Below are positions 12,727 through 25,785 of a stretch of 64,000 bases of DNA, piece by piece (position 1 is the first letter of the stretch; every line of letters starts with the position of its first letter). The DNA lies in contig JAQFVV010000010.1 of NCBI GenBank assembly GCA_028023455.1, positions 12,586,001 through 12,650,000 of the forward strand. Direction: 5' to 3'. The notes under the pieces were generated by a model. That model was not told where the DNA came from and ran no database searches. It saw nothing but the letters and a program-made list of their open reading frames with translations. This DNA comes from Epiperipatus broadwayi. Its lineage: Eukaryota; Animalia; Onychophora. The position numbers and the translations under genes were made by a program.

Positions 12727-14905
12727 CACAAAAAATTTTTTCTCTCAAATAGAAAAATCTTTTAATAAAAGTATAGAAATGTTTTTCAAAAACTGAGATC
12801 TTATTCTTAATCCATCGAAGATTGTATGTTCATTTTTTCATCTAAAAAACAGGATACTTTGAATTTTCTGAAACATACTATTTAGTACTAACTTTGGTTT
12901 ATAGTTGAACTTAATTTTCATCACTTTTTTATGGCTAGATCTAAAATAATTTCTAGAAATATCCTTTTCTGAAAGCTGAATGTTACTGCTTGGAATTATT
13001 ATATAAATATTTTATGGACAGCTTCCTTAGTGCTAACATATTCTAGTGGGGGAAACTGTGCTCTTTTTTTTAGAGAAAATACATCCCTAAATTTTTAGAT
13101 AATCATTTAAATATAATCATGAGAAATATTATTAGTGCATTTAAGTTCTACTCTTTGGCACTGACTTACAGTTCTTTTACATATTAATTCACTAGATATC
13201 AGAAGAGAAATTGCATTATAGAAAATTTACAAAAATCTGTTTATGTAAATCATGCATATCAATAACTCAAGATATAGTTTCATTATCTAAGACTTGTCTC
13301 AAATCAAGATTTCTTTTCTGGATATTAAATCAAGAATCTTTTCAAACAAATAAAGAATTATAATTTGCAAAATGGATTTTTATGTGGTTTCAAATAAATT
13401 TCTTTTTTTTATCTAACTATAAAACTAACTGGATTTGAACTTCTTAGATGTTATTGAGTAGAATCCCATCGACACATTCAGGACAATCCATGATTTATGT
13501 ATTCATTTGTTTCGTAAATGGAATTTAACAGCTACTGATCTTCATAGTGATCAAATACAAACCTGAAATACATAGCTAATGACTGTGAAATCTATGTATA
13601 TGTTGGAAAAATTGAAAGAATTAATAAAACTGTTAGTGAATCTATCCCCTAACTGAATGACTAAAATCTCTTCAGGTGCTTTTATGATATTTTGTAAATA
13701 CTTGTGCTTTTTAAAAAAAATCCTTAAGGTAAATAGATTAATAAATGTTAATCTTATATTTTGTATACATATTTATAGTATTTTTAATCTTTTAAAAAAC
13801 TTTTCTAGGAAAAATGTAATTCAAAATAAATACATACAAAATGTATATAAAGAAAAAGTATTAAACCAAGATTTTCTTTATATACATTTTGTATGTATTT
13901 ATTTTGAATTATAATGTTTTCATAAAACTAAATTTATTGTAATTTAAAATTATTTTAGTTTATATATTATCAAATTTTATCTATGTAGATCTTTAACACA
14001 CCTTGGATGAGTTGCATTTGAATCTGTAAAATTAGATTATTACAAATGCTTTTAATTGTTAAAATTTATTGAATCAAAAGCAATTATTATTATTTTACAT
14101 CTATGTTAGATTGACTTTCCTTTAAATTAAAATAGGATAGTTATGAAATGTAATTGATTTTGTATTAAATGGAAAATCGTATTTATGTAAATAATTTTTT
14201 ATTTTTTTGATGCACAAGTAAAAATTAATAAATGAGCTTACCTTAAGTAGTAAAGTCAAGAACCTAAATGTATTAACAGTCTGTTAATTGCATTGAATTT
14301 ATATTAAGTATATACTTGAATTCTATGAGGTAGATTTTTGTTTTATACATTTTATTTGTTGTATGTCCTTTTGTTGCATTTCTTTTTTTGCATTTCCCAT
14401 AATGCTCTTTATTCAATTGGCTTTGACAGTTTAGCAATCTTCTTTAGAGTTGTCTTTATTTATTAAATGAACAATTTTTTAAATTTATTTAATATAAGCA
14501 ATAAAAAAAAGAATAAAAGGATGATCCATTTATGCTTAACCTGTTATAAATATTCAGTTTTTATATTTTTGTCAGTATTTTTCTTTTTGCTGAATTTTTA
14601 TGTAGCATCTGTATCTATATTTTTATTCATCTTTACTAGTTTTTACACTTTTTGAAATTCTATATGGGTTTTTGTGTAATCCAGATAGTATTATTTAATT
14701 ATATTCATAATTAATTCAGGTATAAACAGTATAAAAAAGTTTATAATTATTTGTTGTATATTCTTCTTTTGTATAAAATATTTAGTTTTATTAAGTTGTG
14801 CTATTTATAATATAAATATTTAGAGTTTTATGCTTTTACACAAATTTGACTAATTTTTTGATTATAGAATATTTATTATATTAATAATTATATTATATTT
14901 TAAAG

Positions 14906-15075
14906 GATGTGTATGAAACATTTAATATCATTGTTCGTCGCAAACCCAAAGAAAATAACTTTAAAGCAGTTTTAGAAACTATTCGAGATTTGATGAATAC
15001 TGATTGTGTTGTGCCTGACTGGTTGCATGACATTATTCTTGGATACGGCAATCCTGGAGCTGCTCATTATACAAA
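14906..15075 (+). CDS. AQR: AQR exon A (DVYETF...GAAHYTK)
   Basis: taaag acceptor, gtaagt donor, 170 nt. Confidence 0.96.
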
Positions 15076-16303
15076 GTAAGTTTGAGTCTTATAGCATACA
15101 CATATATGTGTGTGTATGCACAGGGAAACCTCTTACATATTTCTATTGTTTGCTTTCATTGGCCATAAAATTCAGAGAATCTATAGAAATATTCCTCTTT
15201 CTATCCTTTTACCATATCTATTGCTTATTTTCTCTGGTCCCTTGAAAAACATAAATATGTTCATGGGAAAAGATATCAAATAATATTCTAGGCTTTTATT
15301 GCTGTGTTAAAAAGATAACTGTAATGTAATTGAAATGTCGTAATCTTGTCTATTCTTATACACAAGAAAATCAAAAGAACATTTGACTATATATATAATC
15401 ACTTTAAATAACCCATATTTTTTTATTTGTTGTGAAAATCTATTGTTTGTTTGTGAAACTTTTTATAGTTTTTTTTTCCTTGTATTAATTCCCAAGTAAC
15501 AATAATTTGATTGGGGAAGGGAAGTTACTGACTTATTTAATGACTAGATGAGTTAGCTTTAAAAGATTTATGCATATATGTGATTCTGTTTTTGATTTCC
15601 ATCATTTCAATAAAGACAGATTTAGTTATTTTGATTTATTTCTCAATGAAATTTGTTTATTATATTCTGTTTATATTTAATGTATCAAACATTAATGGAA
15701 ATATAAAAGTCAATGTTAGATTTGTATTAAAAATTATATATTTTTAGAATATCTGTCATTCTTATAGTTAATAAGTTTACAATTAATTAAATATTAAAAC
15801 TTTATAAACTAAAAACAAAAAGATAATTAAAGCAGAATTATATTGATAATGTGATTATCAAGAAAAATAGCTTTACATGTCCAGTCAAAATCTATTAGCT
15901 TATTTGTCTAAATCTTCTTTAATTAAATATATATTTTTAAATTAAATTTATTTACTTTATCCCAGGTTTCATTTTTGTTCATTTTAAATAATGTGTCCAA
16001 ATTTAAGATTATATTTGTTTACACTTTTTAAAATTTATAATGGTTGATGTCAAACTTAGTTATAAATCATGAATAAAAAGATGTGAACATATTTTTAAAA
16101 TAAACATTCAGAAATATTTATTTTAAAAAATGTCTCCATTTTTTTTTTTGTTTGTTTGTTTGTTTGGCAGAATATAGAGATTAAATATTGAAAAATAATT
16201 ACTTAAATATTCATATTTGTAGAATGTGTACAAAAAAGATAATAAAAACATTTAAAAATATTATTGTTTTAATATTTAAATTATATATGTTCTTTTGTTT
16301 CAG

Positions 16304-16435
16304 AATGCCCAATCAGATTCAGACATTAGATTTCAATGATACATTTCTTAGTATGGATCATTTGAAAGCAGCTTTTCCCAGTTATATGGTCAAAATTGAA
16401 GGAAGTGAGCTTAATAAGCATGAACCTCCATTTAG
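16304..16435 (+). CDS. AQR: AQR exon B ([15 protein letters not shown]...EPPFR)
   Basis: tttcag / gtaatg, phase-compatible with both neighbours. Confidence 0.96.
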
Positions 16436-16999
16436 GTAATGATATAAAATTTTATTATCATTAATGTTTAGCAATGTATGTTAAATTCTTTTTTACCGAA
16501 GGCATCTTGAGTAATTAGACAGTAGCATTCTATGTTCAAGCTATGTTACATTTAATTACTATTAGTAAACCCATTATGTTATTAAAATGCATGGAAATAG
16601 TGTTAAATAGTATATAAAACTTAACTGGTTTTTTCCATATTATGTTATCTAATTATGTAATGATTTTTTTTTTCATTTAATTAGAAATTAAATTTAAAAT
16701 ATTAATTCCATAATTTCTAATAAATAAAGTGAATAACAGTAAGATCATGATTGTTAACTAAATATGTCAAAGTGTAATTGATGAATCACATAGTTTAGAT
16801 AACAAACTTGCATAAAGTATAATTATGCAAATTTATTATTTCCATATTTTGAAATATAAATTATTATAAAAAAAAAATTAATTTATAAAATAGTTTATAA
16901 ATAATAATCAAAATATTTTGATAAAACATTATACATGGTGCCGAGAACTACACTATATTTTTTTCCAGTCCATATATAGTCTACCGGACACTCCATCCA

Positions 17000-19170
17000 T
17001 TCTGATACAGAGGATGCCACCAGACCACTACGTGCCTGGAAAATTTGTTTACTGTGATCAGAATAGATGATGATGATGGTTTGCGCCGACTAGATTCAGG
17101 GAGAAACAAGAGATCTTAAATTGTTTAGACAATTGAGACAAAAGCACAAAGACAAACGTCAGCCAAATTAAGTTTAAACATATTTAATAAAATTTTATTA
17201 AGAGAAAATTAACTTATAAGAACAGTTTATAAGTTAACAAATATGATTAGTTCAGGCGTGTACCAGAAAAACTAAATGTAAAGCTATGACAGACCGACTG
17301 ATCTTCTAATAAATGAATTATAAAAGGGAGGATGTAAATTTCATTCAGCAGAGGATTCATCTTAACATTGGTTCTCACTTTCAGATATTCAAACAATACG
17401 TCCTTGAAATAGATCAAAGAAGCCAGTGCCGATGAGCTTTTCGAGATCTAAACATGGTCAGACCTCGAATGTCCTTATATCGGTAAGAACTGCACCTATT
17501 ACTACGTTTAAAATAACGGTGATTGATCCACCTCAAGAACAACCAAAAAATAAAATTGAAAGGAAGTAAAACAATTAAAAACTGGTGAATCCCAGCCAAA
17601 TGATTGGCGAAAATTACTTTAAAATTAATAATTAAAGGTCTCGATAAGGGACAAGTAAATAATTATAAAAACAGTTATGTCTGCCCAGCATTTAAAGAAA
17701 ATAAACTTACAAACAAATTCTGAGTACATGCTCTGATAAATTTAAAGCACACATAATAAATACAGAGCAAAACTGTGCTAGTATAGGAAATGTGATCATG
17801 TGATGCTTAATAATAAATACAAACAGAAATTTATCGGAGAGTGCACTGAGTACGAAATATTAAAAGTTTAAATACTCTAGCAGAATGAAAGTATTGCTCA
17901 CCTGTAATTTAAGAAAGGATAAATTTTATCTTCCTGCTGACGACTTATAAAATTACAAAGAAAAACACAATTCTAATTTCCGCTTTTAGAGATATTAAAA
18001 ACGAAATCTCCACCTGCGGCAAATTAGACGATAAAGTCGCCAGCCAAAAGATTTTCGGAGGTTTGCAAAAGCGCAAACACAGTGTTTACAAATTAATTAT
18101 TGAATACTAAATAATTACAGGTAAGCATTTAAAATGCACGACCGCTAAAGCATTTATAAAAAGTTGTAGGCATAAAAATATAAATATAAAACTCATTCGT
18201 CACTCTCCAATAAACAAAACTGAAAGCAAATTGGGAATCTTAAAACTAAGATTCCAAAACCCATTACAAAAATATAAGAAAACACAATAAAGGTTAAATA
18301 TGAGTATAACTATTATTTAAGATTACATATTTATGATTAGATTGAGCGGAGATTTACTGAGAATTAATTTACACTGGGAAGAATAAAAGGAAAATAGTTA
18401 CCTTTCGGTAAAAGCAATGTTCACGTAGAGTGCGCACTTTTACTTAAGTTCATTTTCAGGTTCTTCGACCATGGCAAGGTAGATGTAATGAGGTTCCGGC
18501 TTCTTGTAGGTGTTTAAGGCATTACTGGAGCACATTTGGAAGTCAGGGATCCATCTTTTGTTGAGTTAGCAAGCCATTCGGGTTTTGACAACATGTATAG
18601 AATTATTCATCTTGTTGCAAGCAAAAGTATTTAATAACAGCTGATGTCCTTTAAGAATTTAAATGTCCGAGCTGATATAAACTTTCACTTTAGAAACAGC
18701 TTGTCTAGTCATGAATCATGAATCTACTCTCCAAATTTTCGGGGCTATTTATACGTCGCTCCATTTCCCGCGAAACACCTTCCTTGTTGTTCAATTTCTA
18801 CGCCTTAGGCAGGGCAAATATTAATCTCCCGCTCAATCTATCTAAGAATTCTACCCAGGGATTATTGAAATGAAAACAACTACATAAAAATCAAATCTCC
18901 GCTCTTTAAAATAAAAGCCACAGGAATGTAATTAGCTAGGTTGCTTGTTTTTTTAATTAATTAATTTAAAGTAAAAACAAGCGGTATAAGAAAACTAAAA
19001 TAAATCGATAAACATTAAAATGATATAAACGCGTTTTACATATAAACGCTTGTGTATTTTGATACATGTATTCTTTTTTAAATAATAATAAAATTTAAAC
19101 ATATCAGATTTAACAAAAATTAAGTTTAATGAAAATTAAAAACTTAATCGGATTTCAATCAGGTTCAATA
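17000..19170 (-). mobile_element. Unclassified cassette, copy 2 (internal deletions relative to copy 1)
   Basis: Shared blocks, e.g. gacaaacgtcagccaaattaagttta, caggcgtgtaccagaaaa, gagtgcgcactttta, atttctacgccttagg. Confidence 0.75.
18746..18775 (-). promoter_or_regulatory. TATA box plus palindromic E2F-type site in cassette copy 2
   Basis: TTTCCCGCGAAA (matches TTTSSCGC) 10 nt from TATAAATA; same spacing as copy 1. Confidence 0.5.
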
Positions 19171-20014
19171 GTGTATAATAACTTATGTTTTGTTGATAAA
19201 CATCGATTAGAATAGAATACGATTTGTTTGCTAAACTGCAAGTGTATAGTACTTTTCAACTCGCTCACATATGTAACATGGACACTTTCTTATACGAATA
19301 TAATATGCATATAAATCAAGATTTAGTATAAACAAGATTTTAAAAATAGTACATTTACATGTTCTTTCTGGAGTGTGTGTTCACTCATGCATTCACTGAA
19401 ACAAAAAGTATAAGGGGAAAAAACTAATTGCCGTACTTTTATTTTTAAAATAAAATAAATAATGAAATGTCGGACTTTCATTGCTATTAAATGCACTCTG
19501 GACAATATTTCATTTTTTTTCAATAATTTTTTTCTCTTATAGAAACATAATGGTGAACTTGTTATCAAGAAATTAGGATCTCTATAATTGTTTTGATGTT
19601 TATAAAATCAGTATGAACTTTTAATAGGGTCTAAAATTTTGTAAAACTTTGTGCTCAGAAAATATGTGTTTTCAGCATAAACTGAAGAAATTTTATTATG
19701 GCACTCAGAAAAGAAAAAATGGCTGCCGAATATCATAAAATGTATGAATTTTAATGGGTTTTTTATTTATATTTTTGTTTGTTTACATTTTTTTTTTTTG
19801 GATGCATGTAATTGAAGGTCATGAAGTTAGATACAGTGTAATTCACAGTTACATTGTACTCATAATTTAATTAGAACTTAGATTGCATTCCAAAAAAAAT
19901 GTATTAAATGAAAATATAAGCAGTTTCCTACTAATATAAATCTGACATGCATATGAAAAATTCTGACATATATAAAATAAGTTGTGACGTAGATTTAAGG
20001 AAAAACTCTTAAGT

Positions 20015-20391
20015 GTACTTCAGACCACTCAAAGGAGTATGGAGAGATGTATGTTGGGAGTAACAAGAAGAGATCGAAAACGCAATGTATGGGTAAGACA
20101 ACAAACAGGTGTTACTGACCTTATTGAAAAAATTAAAAGATTGAAATGGAGTTGGGCTGGACATATTGCTAGAAGAGATGATAATAGATGGACAATTGAA
20201 ATTTTAAACTGGATTCCAAGAGATTGTAAAAGACCCAGAAAGTGACCGCATGTGAGATGGATGGATGAAATAAGAAAATGTGCAGGGGTGTTGTGGAGAA
20301 GAGAAGCTAAAGATCGGAGAAGATGGCTTAAACTTGGAGAGACCTTCATCCTGCAGTGGATTGATAATGGTTGATGATGATGATGATGATT
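20015..20391 (+). mobile_element. 5'-truncated RTE-clade LINE 3' end with (GAT)n tail
   Basis: TQRSMERCMLGVTRRDRKRN...LKWSWAGHIARRDDNRWT...W.PR..KRP....RWMDEI; one CGA>TGA stop; microsatellite tail at 20372-20390. Confidence 0.92.
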
Positions 20392-20441
20392 ATGCTGTGT
20401 TTTTATATAATATATATATCTAGACAATGCGTAATGCTAAT

Positions 20442-20920
20442 TGAAATCTATATAAAATATTTTAAATGTCTCATAGCTATATTCTTTCAGCCATACTCCC
20501 CCTTTAAATTACAAAAAGCTTTAATTTTTGCAGCTCATTCAAAAATAATTTATTTTGAATATATATTGCAGTAATGTTATGTATATTGAAATTAGAGCTA
20601 ATTTAAACAAGGAGTGTGAAATTAAGTAAGCAAAGATCTTTAATTGCAAATGAACAAACATGTTACTTAGAAAGTGTGTTAAATATAATTGAAATTAAAC
20701 ATGTTTGTTTATTTGCAATTTAAGATTTTTGCTTATTCATGTTCGCACTTTTTGTTTAAATTAGGTTGAATTTTAATGTACATTATTATCATTGTAGTAT
20801 ACATTCAAAAGAAATTCCTTTTGAATGAGCTGCAAAATTCAAGCTTTTTTTGATTTAAAGGAGGGGTGTGGTTGAAAGAATATAGCTATGTGGTATTTAA
20901 AATATTTTATATAGATTTCA
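20442..20920. repeat. MITE-like long inverted repeat (~480 bp)
   Basis: tgaaatctatataaaatattttaaat...catagctatattctttc mirrored by gaaagaatatagctatg...atttaaaatattttatatagatttca. Confidence 0.8.
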
Positions 20921-21001
20921 GCTAGAGTTATTTATTAAAATATAAAATGCATATATATTAATAATTATACATAAAAAGCTTTCTATGGCACATGATTTTA
21001 T

Positions 21002-22079
21002 AAATGCTAAACATCTATTTTAACCATTAAGCTTATTAATGCATACAACAATAATGAAGGTTGAAACAAATTAATTATATCTAATGCATACAACAGATAA
21101 TGAAGGTTGAAACAAATTAATTATATAACATAACAATACACAGAATAAATAAAAAATATATCTTATATAACTTTATATATACTACCTTATTATATAATTT
21201 TCCATTCATTTTTAATTGATCAATTATTTACTAAATTTATTGAAGTTTTACAAATATTCATACAATTATATATATTATGCTTAATATAATTTGTTTCATA
21301 TATTTGTCTTTTTGAATCTTTAATATAATTTAAAGGTTTAATATTTTTATAGCATCTATTTATGTCTATGTGTTAAATATTGAATGTATAAAACAAATTT
21401 ATTTTCTCCTATTTTAATTGCACTTTATATTCTTTAGTTCTTTCATCTTTTCCCTATATGTTCCCTATATGACTGTAGTAACTCATATTACCATTGTCAC
21501 AATTAATTTTATATATGATTCGTTTTTATATTTTATATCAGCTCTTATTTTTATAATTATATATTAACTTTTCCATACTTTTACTATTTGACCATCTAAT
21601 ATTTATATATTTATCAATATAATTTATCTTTTTTATTAATGCATTATAAACTTTGAGATAATATGAAAGTTTGATCCATCTTTTGTTTGAACATTGTAAT
21701 TAATAGGAAAGACAATAAAATAGATGCTATAAAAAATTTTAAACTTTTAAATTACATTAAAGATCCAAAAAAGAAGACAAACATTTCAATAAATTTAGTT
21801 AATAATTGGTCAATTAGTAATGAATGAAAAATTATATAATAAAGTAGCATATTATTTTTTATTTATTTTGTGTATTGTTATGTTATATAGTTAATTTATT
21901 TCAACCTTTATTGAATCTAATAATCTTGATTGCTGTATCATAATTTTATTTGGGTTTTTTTTTTATGTTTTATTTTATATATTCGTGTTATTGTTATTTT
22001 TACTTCATTATTATTAAATAGTATATAGTGTTCTGTATGCAATAATAAGTTTAATGGTTAAAACAGATGTTTAACATTT
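21002..22079. repeat. MITE/foldback element with ~360 bp arms
   Basis: aaatgctaaacatctattttaaccattaagcttattaatgcatac mirrored at about 22035-22079; inner arm ends near 21365 and 21715. Confidence 0.75.
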
Positions 22080-22734
22080 GGTAAGGGCATTAAATTAATG
22101 ACAAAAAAGACTTTTTATGTAAATTTATTAATAAATATATATATTTTATAATAACTATTATATACAATATTTTATTACTTTTTCTAATTTATGTATAAAA
22201 AAAACCAGCATTATTAATAGTGTATTGCATATAAGATTAAGTACTTTTTAAGTAATGATGTGCTCTAGAATTCTGTAGAGGAAATAATTTATAATACAAA
22301 ATGTAAGCTGGTTTGTTAAAGGAGTTTATTCAGGTTAATGATTAGTATGTCATTATATATCTTTAGAAATATGCAGGAGGGATTATTTTTATTTTGCTTT
22401 TTTTAGACTACACTAAGAGTTATATGTTAATATGGCCAGAGTGATCACATATGACATCATATTATTTGTATGTTAAGATAAAGGTCATAAAATTAGTTAT
22501 AAATGGAATTTATTTTAAATATAAAAATATCTTGTGAATACATTGTTCATTTACAAAATATTTTTATACATATGGTAAATTTATGTAATAATAAGTTATA
22601 TTCAAAATAAAAATATCTTTTTTTTTTTTTTTATAAAATATGGATTTATTTATGTACTTTTTTTTTTAAAAAAAGTCAAAAATAATGCCAGTTAAAAGAA
22701 AAAGTTTTTTGAATTAATCTTTTTTTTTTAATAG

Positions 22735-22887
22735 GATAACTTTTCTGCAACAAATAGAGTCCAAGAAACGATCACTTCCAGTTGATGAAAATAAAGAATC
22801 TGATATTAACACAAAGAATCAAGAAATAATAGTAGAACCACATATAATACCAAATAGAGGTCCATATCCATACAACCAGCCAAAGAA
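22735..22887 (+). CDS. AQR: AQR exon C (ITFLQQ...IVEPHIIPNRGPYPYNQPK)
   Basis: atag / gtaaat; conserved PNRGPYPYNQPK. Confidence 0.95.
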
Positions 22888-23140
22888 GTAAATAAAATCT
22901 AATTAATATTATGATTATGTTTTTTTTATTGGTTTAGCTTCCATTTTTCTTTGGTATTGAAGATTTTTTTAGATATAAATGTTTATTATATGGTTATTGT
23001 AACTTACGTGTGCATTATAAAATATTGATTTTTCTCTTTACTGTCTGTTTTTACTAATAAAGGAAATATATTAAGGACCCTTGATAGCAATATGAACAGT
23101 GGTTTAAGACTTTATAATTCATTTATTTGTTGTTTTTTTT

Positions 23141-23374
23141 AAACATCACATGATCACCATCTCTTATGCTACCACATAACTGTTATTAAACAGGCAAAAC
23201 TCTCCATACAGTAGTGCCACCCTGTACCAACCAAAACAAGCCCGAAACTAGTTTGGGGATGTTGGATGAGTAGGCTCTAGATGGGGATTTTATGCACAAG
23301 CCTTCTGGCATCCATTGATTACTCTGATTGGCACAGGGTGGTATTACTGTATGGAGAGTTTTGCCTGTTTAATA
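23141..23374. mobile_element. Family H1 fold-back copy with 3' half of a hammerhead (23236-23260)
   Basis: About 50 bp inverted arms aaacaggcaaaactctccatacagta...; ACAA-GCCC-GAAAC-UA-GUU-UGGGGA. Confidence 0.85.
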
Positions 23375-23658
23375 ATGTTTTTTTGTTTTTTTTGTTGTTG
23401 TTGTATAATTAGGACTTCACAGGAACACATAATATTACTAGGACAAACATTATATTTAATCTATTGATCTTTTTATACCATTTAATGTTTATGTCAACAA
23501 AATCTATTTAAAGACAGTTTTATATGTATAAATATAAGTTCTTTATCAGGAATCAAATTGTGCATAAATGATCATCTTTAGAGCTTTTTTTGTAATTTTT
23601 ATTAATACTATTACATAAATAATACTTTGTTCCTATTATTTCTTTATATCAATTTTAG

Positions 23659-23728
23659 AAATACTATTCCATTCACTACTACACAGTTTGAAGCTATTAG
23701 AGCAGGAATGCAGCCTGGATTAACAATG
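23659..23728 (+). CDS. AQR: AQR exon D ([23 protein letters not shown])
   Basis: tttag / gtgaga; Q-motif region. Confidence 0.96.
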
Positions 23729-23845
23729 GTGAGAAAGTTATTATTTTCATTAATAATATTTCACCATTAAATCATGAGCTGAAGCTAACTTAATCACTGA
23801 AGTTAGAGTACCATAACTTTAATACTTTTTTTGTCTTTATCATAG

Positions 23846-23956
23846 GTTGTCGGTCCTCCTGGAACAGGCAAAACAGATGTAGCAGTCCAGATTATTTCTA
23901 ATATTTATCATAATTTTCCTGAGCAAAGAACACTTATTGTAACACATTCTAATCAG
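23846..23956 (+). CDS. AQR: AQR exon E (Walker A GPPGTGKT...VTHSNQ)
   Basis: catag / gtaaga, 111 nt. Confidence 0.97.
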
Positions 23957-24329
23957 GTAAGAGATTTTTTTTTTTAACACTATTTTTACACTTGCTGCAT
24001 ATCAAGAAATTTATTATTAAAGTAACTCATTGTTTTTTAAACTGGGTGCCATTTTGAAGCATTAGATGTCATGTCAGTTTTAAATAAAAATATAGTATTA
24101 ACATTATACTTGGTATAACATGTAAAAACAATTTTTACTTTTTTTATTTTGAGTGAATATTTTTTCTGATGAAAGCAATATCAACCACTATGTTAACAGT
24201 CCAATAAGAAATATTATGATATTAAATAATAATAAATAAACTTGCAAACTTCTAAAAAGGCATTTCACTGTACTGCAGAAGTTCAATTGGATTTTTACAA
24301 GTAAACTTGAAAGTATATTGTTGTTCTGT

Positions 24330-25124
24330 AATTATAAATTTATTTAACGCACATTGATTATGTAAGTAATATTTACTAAGGCAATAAACCTCAAGAATGT
24401 GCGCTTGAAAATGCGAAGGTAGGGACCTCTACAGGTCTTAACCACAAGCTTACGCTTTGGAAGAATAGAGGAAAACCCAAGGGGAACCCTTTTTTACTTC
24501 AACCTACTTTCTATATAAATAGGTGAAGCTGAAGCGGTTAGATTTGAGAGCATGAAGCTATTCAATACTTCACTGATTAAGTCCACAATTGCTATTAAAC
24601 ATTAATATTTGCGAGACCTTTCGATTTATAACGAGTCAACGGAACGATTTATAGTTAGAAATCTATTACAATAATTTAAAGTTGTAATTATAAATTTATT
24701 TAATGCTCATTGATTACGTAAGTAATATTTACTAAGGCAATAAACCTGATTAAGACCTATAGAGGTCCCTACCTTCGCCTTTTCAAGTGTACATTGCCTT
24801 AGTAAATATTTCTTAATTTATAATTACAACTTTAAATTATCATAATAGATTTCTAACTATAAGATCGTTCCATTGACTCGTTATAAATAGAAAGATTTCG
24901 CGAGTACTAATGTGTAATAGGAATTGTGGGCTTAATCAGTGAAGTATTGAATAGCTTCACGCTCTCAGATCTAACCGCTTCAGTTTCACCTATTTATATA
25001 GAAAGTAGATTGAAGTAAAGAAGGGTTCTCCTTGGGTTCTCCTCTTTTCTTCCAAAGTGTAAGCTTGTCCCTACTTTCGCATTTTCAATCGCACATTCTT
25101 GAGGTTTATTGCCTTAGTAAATAT
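24330..25124. mobile_element. Partial-tandem plus inverted retro-like insertion with 14 bp TSD
   Basis: tattgttgttctgt at 24316-24329 and 25125-25138; ~356 bp unit with ~65 bp direct repeat, then an inverted copy. Confidence 0.85.
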
Positions 25125-25485
25125 TATTGTTGTTCTGTGTAAATTGGAGAAAAGTATTTTTTTTTTTTTTTGCTAATTATCAAGTAATCATTTATTGAGT
25201 TTAAACATTTCAAATAAGAAGTAAAAAAATATGACAGCTTATCAGAAATTTTGAGATGAAAATAAAATATTTCCTTCTTAACATTTGATTAATATAATAA
25301 TAATAAATTAAAAGTAAAATCAAATTACATCTCTTTGAAATAGTTATTATTTTTTATTAAATATTTTGATTATTTCTTTCAATCATTGTAAACCTAGAAA
25401 TAGTGAATAAAAGTACATGTATTTTTACACATTTTATATATTATGTAATATTTAATTTTACTTACTAGCAGAGAGATAGTATGTA

Positions 25486-25785
25486 ATGTAGACAATAAGC
25501 ATTTATCATCCTAACACATGCATTGAACTATTTTTATAGTATCAATGATGTCTTGTTTGGTGTTGAGGAACTAAGACACGAGAGAGACTTTAGAACAATC
25601 TTCTTATCCTTAAACCTACTTTTTAGTTATGTAGGTTTAAAGATAAGATGGCCACTCTTATCTTTTCTAAAGTCTCTATCTTGTGTCTTGGATCGAGAGT
25701 TTCCTTGATACTCAACAAGACATTGTTGAGATATAAAAACAGTACAGTGCATGTGTTAGGATGAAAAATCCTTTCTGTCTAAATT
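25486..25785. repeat. ~300 bp imperfect hairpin (MITE-like)
   Basis: catcctaacacatgca / tgcatgtgttaggatg; agagactttaga / tctaaagtctct. Confidence 0.8.

Noticed and set aside
1-14905. Upstream AQR exon or an independent host gene
   Set aside because: No AQR-like peptide or credible spliced ORF was found. The short track ORFs are low-complexity or repeat-derived.
20029-20427. 132 aa His-rich minus-strand ORF
   Set aside because: It is the antisense reading of the RTE fragment and its (GAT)n tail.
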